Of a DNA stretch of 64,000 nucleotides, positions 15,201 to 27,660 are shown one piece after another. The stretch is from Antedon mediterranea. Taxonomy: Eukaryota > Animalia > Echinodermata. The translations under genes and the position numbers were made by a program. Location of the stretch: assembly GCF_964355755.1 (NCBI RefSeq), contig NC_092673.1, positions 19,465,648 to 19,529,647 on the forward strand. The letters run 5' to 3'. Within the stretch, counting starts at the first letter, position 1; each line of letters opens with the position of its first letter. A model generated the notes under the pieces. It was given only the letters and a program-made list of their open reading frames with translations, did not search any database and was not told the origin of the DNA.

Positions 15201-18200
15201 AATTATTTGTCTTTGTTAATATCAATGAATGTTATTTTAGCATAAGATGGGCACCATGATTTATTCAGTGCATACATGTTCTAGAAATGGATATGTGTAT
15301 ATTGCATGTCATTGTGAGAGTCTAACAAATACGCAGAGTATTTATATTATAATATCATGGACTTATAAAGCTCTGTATGTTGTGAAACCTCTCAAAGCGC
15401 TGATCATACAGTAGAAAATTGAGGGAAAAAACTAAACCCAAACCTAAGTATGTGATATGCCTTTGCAATGTGTGACTTGGCCCGTCATCCCCGACTCGAG
15501 TGCTTCCTACCCTAGTAAAGACAATATAACTATAACAAGATATCAAATTTATATTCATGAAAGTGTCTCATAAACAAGCTTCTACTATTCTCAACTGCTA
15601 CATTTGTTGCTGAGCCGCTTTCAAAATTGTTTAATTTATCCCTCTCAACTGGTACCATTGCCAATGACTGGGTGAAGGCCAACCTGATTCCTATCCATAA
15701 ATGAAATTGGTATAGACAATTTTAAGTAGCAAATTTATGTTAGTGGCGGTTTTCATCGCTGTTGGTTTTGATCGAATAAAAAATAAAATGATGAAGGAAA
15801 TAACAGAATGTGATGATGATCTAAAAACCTTCAACAGTTTATAAGATACATTGCTGCATTTATTATAACATTTGAACATGTGATAATGTGCTGTTGTGTT
15901 GGCAATATAGAATTTGAATGGCATCCATTGAATTCATTTCATTTCATTTCATTCATTTTATTCATCAAAAAAAAAAAATTATAAAACATGTAAAGATAAA
16001 ATGCATAAAAGATGAAAAGGATCAACAACAAAAAGCTAAAAGCTTGTACAGGGTTGAAGACCTAAAATAACAACTATAAAACAGCTAATAATATAATAGG
16101 AAATATACAATATTAAAATATATATATAAAGTAACATATTATTTCATTATTGTATATTTTATTTGTTACAGATGATGTGGGGACAAGTTCAAATCAAGGT
16201 ATGTTATATTAGGCCAATGTTTCGCTAATGTGATGTGCCCACATATGGACATGATGATGTCATATCACTACCATATTTGGGTATATCACTCATATTTGGG
16301 CACATCACACTTTTTATGTCAAACAAGTTTGATAGTGTATTAGTAATGCACTAGGCTACTTTCCTAATGATCAAATCTCGATTATCCAGTGTAAAAGTGA
16401 CATGTACATAAACAAATCCTAACATACTTTAAACATTATACTTCTCATTTTTATCATTTTCAGGTAGTAGTAGTGATGAGGATGAAAGAGAAGGAACATC
16501 ACTGAGTCACCCACACCAACAAAGTGAAGGTAAGATACTAGTAGATAGAGATAGTGATATTGTGATGATAAGTCCTTAATTTTAATTGTTTAATAAACCA
16601 AAACTTTCCACATATAGCCAAGTCTAGAATGACACACACGTGACTGTCAAATTTTCCAGAATTTACAATATTAAGTATTCCAACGTTGACAGTAGCTTCA
16701 TATTTGTTTTGAACTTGACCCGAACTTGACATTATTCCACAAATATTTTTATTTTGAAATAGTAGAGTGGAGAGAGAAAATAAAACAAATTTAATACTGT
16801 TTACTGTTTTACATTTTGTTGATATTCTATACTGATGATTAAGTACAAATTTATTTTGATTTTTGAGTGGGTACAATAATGATCACTGTCAAATGAATGT
16901 CCTGTCATTTTATTTGCAGACAAGAACACAATTGCAGGATCGAAAACTTGTGACAATTTCCAAGACCTAAAAGCTGGTCTCAGTGGTTGCTTTGATGGCG
17001 AAAGATATCGTTGGCTAAGGTTCCTACTATTTGATAAGTTGGATGTCGGTGAAATTACAAATCAAGATTTCAATGGACATGACTTACTTAATGTACTTGA
17101 AGCTAAAGGTTTAATCTTATCAACCAATGTTAATTTGCTGTTGGAGATTACAAAGTTATCAGATATCAAATATGCCAAAGATCTTGTATCAAAGTATATA
17201 AGAGACAACGTTCAGTTTAGAAATACTGATAAAACCAAGTTGTCGTTTTACAGAAAGCGGCTGTTTAAAGCCCTGAAACAAGTTGACCCACGTGCATTAC
17301 GTAATGTTATATCTTTCTACAAGTTAAGAAGATATAGCTTCTCCAATGTTTGGGATGCAGTTCTCTATCTGGAGATTCAGCAATTATTAGCAGATGATCC
17401 AGACAAAATAAATCGGTTTGCAGATCGTCTCGGCACAATAGCAAGTAACATTCTACTTGGTATGCATTTCTACTTTATATTATATTAAGTTTTTTGTATT
17501 GTTATTGTTATTGAATCATTCATTTTTTTAAACAGTTTACGTAATTGTAATCTGATTAAAATAATATTTGGTTTCATTTTAATCATTAAAATTTTACATT
17601 AACTGATTATTTATAGGCAATAGTGAGAAGAAATGAGACAGCATCATCAAGTCACCAATGTGAACAAAGTGAAGGTAACTTATTCAGTTGGGAGATAAAC
17701 ATAAAAAATGAAGATCATATATGATTATAATATGATTAAGATAATAATGACATAGAAGTTGGTGATATTGAGGATATTACTCACAAATTTAGGATTTATA
17801 AAACAAAGAATATAATAATGTAGATAGGAATAAAATAATTAGAGTGAGTAGTTTTTTTGTTGTTGTTTCTAATAGCTGATTATAGATATAGAAAATCATT
17901 GAATTATAATTATTATATTATATTCAAATAACATCATGAGGTAATTTCCCGATTGATCGTAATCAAAACGGTACTGGGTTTGGTCTACTAGCGTTCCTGC
18001 TCCCAACCAGTACATCCATTCATAGAAGCCTTAATGAAGTAAGCCTACCTGGTGGTGGCTTTAGTCGATAGAAGATTGAATAAATTGTTAGAGATAGAGT
18101 ATACGATGTTATGATTCTGTGTAGATATGTGATTTGTTCTTTTTATTCAAATGATGTTATGTATTTAATAAATTTGTTATATCAATTAATTAAATTATCG

Positions 18201-19021
18201 TAGATTGCATATTATGCGATGAATATTATTTAATAAATTTTTGATATATTATTATTATTATATTAATAAAAAAGATATTTGTTAGTATAAATTAAAAAAT
18301 ATAGATATAAGGAAGAAAAGCAAAGAGATTATGGAGCGGCTGTACCAGAATATACAACACTAAGTATTGTAAAGTTAATATATTAAAAATTTAGGCGATC
18401 TTGTCAAAGGTCAAGCGCCTTCAGCCTGCCACGTTTCGATATTCAATATTGAACTTGACCGTTCTATGGTTACCACCAGGTAGGCTTACTTCATTAAAGC
18501 TTCTATGAATGGATGTACTGGTTGGGAGCAGGAACGCTAGTAGACCAAACCCAGTACCGTTTTGATTACGATCAATCGGGAAATTACCTCACGACGATCA
18601 TTATTCAAACAATGATTATGATTATTAAACAATAATTATAAAAATGCTGAATTTATTACTTGAAATTTGAAATGATTTTGTGGTTTTTCATGAATTTTTA
18701 TTCATAAATCTTAAAACAGTAATTATGATAAGAATGCTCTCTGAATTTACTTCCTGAAATTGGAAATGATTTTGTGGTGTTTCATGAATTATACTGTGAT
18801 CATATTCAAATAATGATTATGATTTCAACAATAACTATGATGCTAATCTACTGAATTTATTACATTGGAAAATATTGTGGTGTTTTTATGAATTTATATT
18901 TATTATTCAAAATCTTAAAAAAACAATTACAATTTCCACAATAATCATGATAACTGTTATACTAAATTGATTGATACTGTTTTTCATTCGTATAGATCTC
19001 TCAGAAGATGAGAAGACTTAG
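207..19021 (+). CDS. Gene A (5'-partial, multi-exon): Roco-family Roc-COR GTPase with C-terminal tandem DED-like domains
   Basis: GT-AG exons with compatible phases: 207-231, 749-894 (FNIWDHGGQLIYHGIH, G3), 6173-6262 (IFMTSEALYIVVFDLS), 6439-6618 (PTILIVGTHKG, G4), 6783-7049 (YFAIEN..VPLKWMRF), 9972-10157 (LNFLYDIGEIIY, COR), 10490-10690, 10974-11276 (FFVPLRL..YYDFEGYLPDVLF), 11424-11501, 12544-12757, 14131-14166, 14605-14649, 16172-16198, 16464-16529, 16920-17459 (DED-DED), 17624-17674, 18996-19021 (TAG; AATAAA near 19046). A further upstream exon probably ends at 40. The last two exons are less certain. Confidence 0.85.
1900..2345 (+). mobile_element. CR1-group LINE 3' fragment (degenerate RT C-terminus)
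   Basis: Remnant translation LKFLGLTTLYDRQIHGDLIE, TRGH, FNSLP, FKNRLD. Confidence 0.6.
3480..4035 (+). mobile_element. L2/CR1-group LINE 3' tail
   Basis: ORF 3428-3715 ends HAYNTR..FSGAVIWNDLP..FSKQLK, followed by a T-rich UTR, AATAAA and ATT repeats. Confidence 0.6.
7900..8130 (+). mobile_element. LINE 3' fragment
   Basis: HNYNTRS..GPKLWNDL..FKSLFK remnant. Confidence 0.5.
8161..9266 (+). mobile_element. Non-autonomous Helitron/Helentron (HINE)-like element
   Basis: 5' TAGGTGATCATTT..AAATGATCACCTA inverted pair in a T-run, 3' AAATGATCACCTA, hairpin TTCGTCAAAGTGACGAA, terminal CTAG-T. Confidence 0.6.
11614..11934. mobile_element. Small MITE-like insertion
   Basis: Imperfect terminal inverted repeats ACTTAAAAAGGTGGTCTTATGTC / GACATAAGAGCACATTTTAAGT; more GC-rich than the flanks; absent from the paralogous gene B intron. 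Confidence 0.45.
12778..13966. repeat. 88-bp minisatellite, about 13.5 copies, intronic
   Basis: Unit CATTATTGATAATCTATACATTGTTACAACATGCTGCTATTAGCTGTG..AGAAT; the ORF track repeats every 88 nt. Confidence 0.95.
16920..17459 (+). CDS. Gene A exon encoding two tandem DED-like (death-fold) domains
   Basis: 540-nt phase 1-1 exon; DLLNVLEAKGLILSTNVNLLLEI and SFYRKRLFKALKQV..VWDAVLYLE resemble DED helix patterns. Confidence 0.7.
17937..18591. mobile_element. MITE with about 120-bp near-perfect terminal inverted repeats
   Basis: 17937-18055 is the reverse complement of 18473-18591 (TGAGGTAATTTCCCGATTGATCG..); AT-rich non-coding interior; no clear TSD. Confidence 0.8.
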
Positions 19022-19454
19022 TCACAGACTTAGCACAATGATGCAATAAACATGGATATTCTATTCATACAAATGTTAGACGGCGTTAAACTGTTAAAAA
19101 CTGGTACCAGTGCAATCTACCTGTGAACTCTTTTACCTGCAAATTGAGTAGTGATAGTGAGATGTAATGTTAGCGTGTCATACCTCAATATACAATAGCG
19201 TAGGTACCTTGGTATCCCAGAATTAAAACACACTAGTTATTGTCTGTGGTGTTTTCTTTCCAAAAAAAATTGCTGTCCCCTTATAATAGGATTAAATCAA
19301 CCATTTGGCACTCTCAAACGTGTCCCTGTCCCTTTAATAGGGTTACATCAACCATTTGGCATTCTCAAACGTGTCCCTGTCCCTTTAAAAGGGGTGTCCC
19401 CTGATTAGGAGTTGGCTGTAGTGTTAAAACATATATTTCCCCTCGTTTTATGAG

Positions 19455-19860
19455 AAAGTGTCCCCTGAATGGGGGTGTACTAAAGAAGGGGTTTACTCCA
19501 GTAGTAAAGAGGAGGGGTGTGTCCCCTGAATAGGGATGTGTCCCCTGAATAGGGGTGTCCTAAAGAAGGGGTTTACTCCAGTAGTAAAGAGGAGGGATGT
19601 GTCCCCTGAATAGGGGTGTCCTAAAGAAGGGGTTTACTCCAGTAGTAAAGAGGAGGGGTGTGTCCCCTGAATAAAGGTGTCCTAAAGAAGGGGTTTACTC
19701 CAGTAGTAAAGAGGAGGGGTGTGTCCCCTGAATAAAGGTGTCTTAAAGAAGGGGTTTACTCCAGTAGTAAAGAGGAGGGGTGTGTCCCCTGAATAGGGGT
19801 GTGTCCCCTGAATGGGTGTGTCCTAAAGAAGGGGTTTACTCCAGTAGTAAAGAGGAGGCG
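19455..19860. repeat. GC-rich minisatellite of about 60 bp, about 6 copies
   Basis: Unit GTGTCCCCTGAATAGGGGTGTCCTAAAGAAGGGGTTTACTCCAGTAGTAAAGAGGAGG, some units with an extra 18-bp subrepeat. Confidence 0.9.
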
Positions 19861-21609
19861 TTCTACTGTTGAAAGATTTATTATAAGACTTCAGCGTACT
19901 AAACGGTACATGAATGTTAGCAACAAAAAAAGATGACAAAACAAAATAACAATACTGGAATATTTACAAAAAATAACAGTAGGCCTACAAATATTTATTA
20001 TAAGATTTCAGTGTACTAAATAGTACATGAATGTTAGTAACAACAGAAAGATGACAAAACAAAATAACGATACTGGAATATTACAAAAAATAACAGTAGG
20101 CCTACAAAACTCAAAAAATCATGCTACCCAAAAATATACATGGATGGGTATAAAACATTGCTACTGTTCCTGCAGGCATTACCTATATTTAGAGATAAGA
20201 CCATTTTAACTGTTTTTATATTTTGTTGTGCATTTATATTAAAATCTCTATGTTGAGATTACAGGCAAAAATCAAACGACAAACATACTTTTTTTTTTAA
20301 ATAAGTAATTGGTTTAAGTAAGAAGAATATGTGCTACCCTCAATGCCATAAACGAAGAATGGATTAATAAATGAATTGTAGATTATAATTAGCATGTCTT
20401 GAGGAACAAAATATCTCAACTGATAAACTGATAAAATACTTTTATTGCAACTTTTGGGTTGAATTAAACAAAAATATATACTTATACTTAAATGAAAATA
20501 TATCCTATCCATCAACAATAACAATCAAAATACACAAACCATCGAAGAACAGACAAAACAGAAGACAGGGGGAGAAACGACTGTGCAGGGATATTTATGC
20601 CTACCACTTGTGAATAATATGCATATTTTTTTTATTACATTTTGTAATAAACTATGAATATTATTTTTCCATGAAAGAAATTGATCAAACAAGCCTATCT
20701 ACTTCATTTATTACATTCTCTCCAATATACCCCGATACAATTTTGTTTAAAATCTTTCTTCTGTTTTGAAAAATAATCCAAAGTTTATTAAAAACAAAAA
20801 TTTTCTCCTGAAGGAATTCAACCTTGCTAGTACAGTACAGTAAATGAACTGAGATTAAATATTAAAAATAAAGAGGCAAAATACCCTGGAACTGAAAGTA
20901 GTTGGAATGTCTTCCAATTTTTTTTTAACTTGTATACTTTGTTAATTTATTATAAAAACAAAATGGGACAAAAACATATGCAAATGAGACCAGGTAAAAG
21001 GAAGTAAATAATTAAATCCTTGCGCCCTCTAATCCTTCCCCTTACCATACTAGACATAGACACAACTTTGTTGAATCCCACTGTGCTACTAAAAACGGCA
21101 CTTTTCTAGCCCTGTTCCATAGTTGATCCGATTATTAAATGTTTGATGAATGAATTGTTTATAGTGTTAAATTTTTTTGTACTAAATTATATATTTTTAT
21201 ATGAATGAATTTTATAATGTCAATTTGGTAAATGAAATGTTTTATATTTTGATGTTTTTTCACTTTGAATTAAATTTTGTAAATTAAACTCAATTCAGTA
21301 TTTATGCTGTTATGTTTTAATGTTATTCATATTTGTTAATAAATATTAATGAATTAAAAAAAAGGGGGTGGATTTTAACATCGAGGAGATCATTATATCA
21401 AAATGTACGTGCTAGCTATTGTTAAAAATGTATTGTATATTATAGGAATAATATCCAATCCACCAATCCAGAGAATAATAAAAGTTCTTCGATATTACAC
21501 TACACAGCGATAATTGTTACGCAGACAAAAATGGTGATTGCGCCCTCTATAAAAATTTAAGTTTAATCACCCCAATAAACCACTCGCATGTTTAATATCC
21601 TAGAAGAAT

Positions 21610-24600
21610 GGAAGGATCTAAATCTCCCTACTCCAATCCAGGATTTCTTCTACGCATGTGTAGATATCTACTACGTCATCATATATATATCGTATTTTAT
21701 TTGCGGTCCGGCCATGTAGTATAATACTCGCACATCGCTATTTTATACCCTATATCGCTTTCTCACACCATCCCACAGCTATATAAGCTATAATACACAT
21801 GAAATGAAAGGGTACCAAACATTTGCAGCAGTTGAAAAAGATAGTATAATCGGGTTATGTTTATGCTGTAGGAAAAAGGAGAATCATCGTAAACGAACTA
21901 ATCATGCCTACTATTCCGGAATCCACTGTATAGCCGTATACCTGCCCTGACGCATGACAAATAATAAATATATTATTTGTCATCCGTCAGGGCAGGATTG
22001 TATGATTCCACTGACTGTAGGCTACATAGCCGTCGTATACCTGCCCTGACGTATGACAAATAATAAATATATTATTTGTCATCCTTCAGGGCAGGTATTG
22101 TATGATGCCACTGTACATAGCCGTATACCTGCCCTGACGGCTGAGACAAATAAGACATTTATTATTTGTCATCCTTCAGGGCAGGTATTGTATGATTCCA
22201 CTGTACATAGCCGTTACCTGCCCTGACGGCTGACAAATAATAAATATATTATTTGTCATCCTTCAGGTCAGGATTGTATGATTCCACTGTACATAGCCGT
22301 ATACCTGCCCTGACGTATGACAAATAATAAATATATTATTTGTCATCCTTCAGGGCAGGATTGTATGATTCCACTGTACATAGCCGTATACCTGCCCTGA
22401 CGTATGACAAATAATAAATATATTATATTTCATCCTTCAGGGCAGGTATTGTATGATTCCACGGTACATAGCCGTATACCTGCCCTGACGTATGACAAAT
22501 AATATATATAGCATTTGTCATCCTTCAGGGCAGGTTGTGATTCCACTGTACATAGCCGTATACCTGCCCTGACGTATGACAAATAATAAATATATTATTT
22601 GTCATCCTTCAGGGCAGGATTGTATGATTCCAATAGCCGTATACCTGCCCTGACGTATGACAAATAATAAATATATTATTTTTCATCCTTTCAGGGGAGG
22701 ATTTTGATTCCACTGTACATAGCCGTATACCTGCCCTGACGGCTGACAAATAATAAATATATTATTTGTCAGCCGTCATGGCAGGTATACGGTACGTACA
22801 GTGGAATCATACAATACCTGCCCTGAAGGATGACAAATAATATATTTATTATTTGTCAGCCGTCAGGGCAGGTATACGGCTATGTACAGTGGAATCATAC
22901 AATACCTGCCCTGAAGGATGAAAAATAATAAATGTCTTATTTGTCATACGTCAGGGCAGGTATACGGCTATGTACAGTGGAATCATACAATACCTGCCCT
23001 GAAGGATGACAAATAATAAATGTCTTATTTGTCAGCCGTCAGGGCAGGTATACGGCTATGTACAGTGGAATCATACAATACCTGCCCTGAAGGATGACAA
23101 ATAATAAATGTCTTATTTGTCATACGTCAGGGCAGGTATACGGCTATGTACAGTGGAATCATACAATGCCTGCCCTGAAGGATGACAAATAATAAATGTC
23201 TTATTTGTCATACGTCAGGGCAGGTATACGGCTATGTACAGTGGAATCATACAATACCTGCCCTGAAGGATGACAAATAATAAATGTCTTATTTGTCAGC
23301 CGTCAGGGCAGGTATACGGCTATGTACAGTAGAATCATACAATACCTGCCCTGAAGGATGACAAATAATATATTTATTATTTGTCATCCGTCAGGGCAGG
23401 TATACGGCTATGTACAGTGGAATCATACAATACCTGCCCTGAAGGATGACAAATAATATGTATTATTTGTCAGCCGTCAGGGCAGGTATACGGCTATGTA
23501 CAGTGGAATCATACAATACCTGCCCTGAAGGATGACAAATAATATATTTATTATTTGTCAGCCGTCAGGGCAGGTATACGGCTATGTACAGTGGAATCAT
23601 ACAATACCTGCCCTGAAGGATGACAAATAATAAATGTCTTATTTGTCATACGTCAGGGCAGGTATACGGCTATGTACAGTGGAATCATACAATACCTGCC
23701 CTGAAGGATGACAAATAAATAATATATTTATTATTTGTCATCCGTCAGGGCAGGTATACGGCTATGTACAGTGGAATCATACAATACCTGCCCTGAAGGA
23801 TGACAAATAATATATTTATTATTTGTCAGCCGTCAGGGCAGGTATACGGCTATGTACAGTGGAATCATACAATACCTGCCCTGAAGGATGACAAATAATA
23901 TATTTATTATTTGTCATCCGTCAGGGCAGGTATACGGCTATGTACAGTGGAATCATACAATACCTGCCCTGAAGGATGACAAATAATATTTATTATTTGT
24001 CAGCCGTCAGGGCAGGTATACGGCTATGTACAGTGGAATCATAAAATACCTGCCCTGAAGGATGACAAATAATATATTTATTATTTGTCATCCGTCAGGG
24101 CAGGTATACGGCTATGTACAGTGGAATCATACAATACCTGCCCTGAAAGATGACAAATAATATATTTATTATTTGTCATACGTCAGGGCAGGTATACGGC
24201 TATAGTGGCATCATACAATCCTGCCCTGAAGGATGACAAATAATATATTTATTATTTGTCATACGTCAGGGCAGGTACGGCTATACAGTGGATTCCGGAA
24301 TAGTTTAGTAGGCATGATTAGTTCGTTTACGATGATTCTCCTTTTTCCTGCAGCATAAACATAACCCGATCATACTATCTTTTTCAACTGCTGCAAATGT
24401 TTGGTACACTTTCATTTCATGTGTATTATAGCATATGTAGCTGTGGGATGGTATGAGAAAGCGATATATATTTAAGTAATACGGTATAAAATAGCGATGT
24501 GCGAGTAATATACTACATGGCCGGACCGCAAATAAAATACGATATATATATGATGACGTAGTAGATATCTACACATGCGTAGAAGAACTCCTGGATTGGA

Positions 24601-24622
24601 GTAGGGAGATTTAGATCCTTCC
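21610..24622. mobile_element. Foldback-type (Mutator-like) non-autonomous element, 3.0 kb, almost fully palindromic
   Basis: Outer TIRs of about 320 bp starting GGAAGGATCTAAATCTCCC; 9-bp TSD TAGAAGAAT (21601-21609, 24623-24631); interior is two opposed arrays of about 60-bp units; paralogous empty site at 61703-61711. Confidence 0.9.
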
Positions 24623-25335
24623 TAGAAGAATGTCAAACATATTAGATTAAGAAGTAAGTTTTTGTTTGTGTCATTATTATCATACCATATCATATACGGA
24701 ATTCGTTATACTATATTGTTTTAATAGCAGGTCTTTCTTCTTTTAATTTTTTGGATCTTATATTCGTATCCTAGACTAGCCTACGCCTAGTAGGCTAGGC
24801 CTAGGCCTCATTCATACTCTCTCTCTCTCTAGCTAGGCTCGGCCTAACTAGCCTGGCCTAGCCTAGGCCCTAGTAGTCTATTGGTATTGCTAGGGATTCC
24901 CATTGCTAGTAGTTTAGTAGGCCTAGCCCTACTAGCTGGGGCAGGCCCTACCTCTAGCCTTGCTCTAGCTAACAAAGGCCTAGTAGTAGAGTAGTAGGCA
25001 TGGAGGGAGTCTCCACAACTTGCTGTTAGTTAGGGAACGGACATCAACCCCGCAACCCCTGTCTCTGGGGCTATATACCCTTATCAATACACCAAGCCAT
25101 CCATCTCGTTGGTCGAATCAGCTTTTACTTTGTATATGAATGGAGAAAAAATATATTATACGTAAGCTTTTTAACCACCCAATCAGAAGTGAGTTGACGT
25201 TGTTTCTATACTTGTGTCACCACATAACAAACAGGCCTTCCTGGGGTCTCACTGATCTCATAACATGCATTCAAACACCGTGTTGTGGTCTTTCATTTAA
25301 AAGAAACACAGTGTGGTGGTCTTTTGTTTTCATGA

Positions 25336-26552
25336 CAGTGGCGTATCCAGTAGGGGGGCAGGGGGGCCTGGGCCCCCCTGATTTCGTTTCCGTCGGCACA
25401 TCATCGCGGCCGTCGGCAAACAAAGGTGCCGGGGAAAAAAATAAACTATTTATTCTGACAATAATTGAACTGTAAACATAATTCTTTTGAGTGTTTGTTT
25501 ATTTACATATCATATCATCATTGATCCCTTCAGATCAACTATTTTTTATTTTCATTACATCTAACGAAACACGTAAAAAATGTGTAGCACGTACGTACGG
25601 CCGTACGCGGTAGATTGTTTACTCAAAAGTCTTTGACCTTGTTTTTGCATGCAGTTGAGCCTCTCATGACCTGGGATTTGTATGTCTTCCTACGCTAAGA
25701 GATTATATAGTTCCACATGCCATGTGCTTTTTTGTCTAAGATATATTTATTATAAGTGCAAAAAACCCGTTTTTTTTTCTCGATATGAGGCCTTTATTAT
25801 TCAAAATTTTTAAAGAAAAAGCACATATACCATAAAAAATATCCATGTATTTCATTTTTGGAACAGAATATTCCGTGAGGCTCAACTACAAAACCACCAT
25901 TTTGTGATATGATGTCATCGTAAGCCAATCAAAGCTGAGCTTTTTCGCGATTGGCATTGCTCACGGTTGAATGATTTAGGATTCTAGCTGATTTGATTGG
26001 TGGATGCGAATCACCCGCAGCGGAATGTTTTCTCTCGCACGTGTACCATGAATCTCTCTGATCGTTACTACACAAAGTTAGAGCAATGAATTTGTCCGAA
26101 TTCCGTTAAGTAAACAACTTTATATATTTTATAAGCATTTAATAACATGTTTTATTGATATTTCCAATGGTGATATATAAAATAAATTACTAAAAAACGT
26201 AATTATATGTAATTATTTTAACCAAAAATGGCGTAGTTAATAGAATTGTCGACTGAGGCCGCAAATTGTTTTACTTCTTTCTTGGCTAAAAACGATCATT
26301 TTCGGCGATGTTTTAGACCCTATATTTCGAAAACTACAAATCAGATTTTCCTAATTCTTTCTTTATTGTAATATGAATACAACATACTAACAGATAATGT
26401 TGGTTTGGTTTTAATTTTGCATCGTTATCCCCGGATATAAGACAATATGACTATGTAATCCTTGATCAGAGACGTCGTGTATGTACACCAATTTTGTTGG
26501 CAAATTGGCAATTCCCGGCCCCCCCAACTTCAAAATCCTGGATACGCCACTG
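25336..26552. mobile_element. Non-autonomous hAT-type DNA transposon
   Basis: TIR CAGTGGCGTATCCAG / CTGGATACGCCACTG, 8-bp TSD TTTCATGA, empty paralogous site near 63414-63421. Confidence 0.88.
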
Positions 26553-26760
26553 TTTCATGATGCATCGAAACGACGAATAACTGTTGCATAGTTTGACGTA
26601 ATGCGTAAAAAACTACTGAACTTTTCTATTTAATACTGAAATTTATTTTAACAATTTGAGAACTTGCAATGCACATAGAATATGATCATGGACCTATCTA
26701 ATTTATAGGTCCATGGTATGATAAAGAAATTGGTACACTATTTAAAAAGTGTAATAAGGG

Positions 26761-27660
26761 ATCATCTCACAGTGTGTTGATTGACTTGGTACTGTAGACC
26801 ATTCACTGTGACTGCTGTGTACAATCTCACAGTGTGTTGATTGACTTGGTACTGTACACCATGCACTGTGGCTGCTGTGTACAATCTCACAGTGTGTTGA
26901 TTGACTTGGTACTGTACACCATTCACTGTGGCTGCTGTGTACAATCTCACAGTGTGTTGATTGACTTGGTACTGTACACCATGCACTGTGGCTGCTGTGT
27001 ACAATCTCACAGTGTGTTGATTGACTTGGTACTGTAGACCATTCACTGTGGCTGCTGTGTACAATCTCACAGTGTGTTGATTGACTTGGTACTGTACACC
27101 ATGCACTATGGCTGCTGTGTACAATCTCACAATGTGTTGATTGACTTGGTACTGTAGACCATGCACTGTGGCTGCTGTGTACCATCTCACAGTGTGTTGA
27201 TTGAATTGGTACTGTAGACCATTCACTGTGACTGCTGTGTACAATCTCACAGTGTGTTGATTGACTTGGTACTGTACACCATGCACTGTGGCTGCTGTGT
27301 ACAATCTCACAGTGTGTTGATTGACTTGGTACTGTACACCATGCACTGTGGCTGCTGTGTACAATCTCACAGTGTGTTGATTGACTTGGTACTGTACACC
27401 ATGCACTGTGGCTGCTGTGTACAATCTCACAGTGTGTTGATTGACTTGGTACTGTACACCATGCACTGTGGCTGCTGTGTACAATCTCACAGTGTGTTGA
27501 TTGACTTGGTACTGTACACCATGCACTGTGGCTGCTGTGTACAATCTCACAGTGTGTTGATTGACTTGGTACTGTACACCATGCACTGTTGCTGCTGTGT
27601 ACAACCTCACAGTGTGTTGATTGACTTGGTACTGTACACCATGCACTGTGGCTGCTGTGA
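26761..27660. repeat. 60-bp minisatellite, 15 copies
   Basis: Unit ACAATCTCACAGTGTGTTGATTGACTTGGTACTGTACACCATGCACTGTGGCTGCTGTGT repeats on every 60-nt line. Confidence 0.97.

Noticed and set aside
21925-24295. CRISPR-like array of palindromic repeats
   Set aside because: No unique spacers, no cas genes, eukaryotic context, and it lies within TIRs with a TSD.
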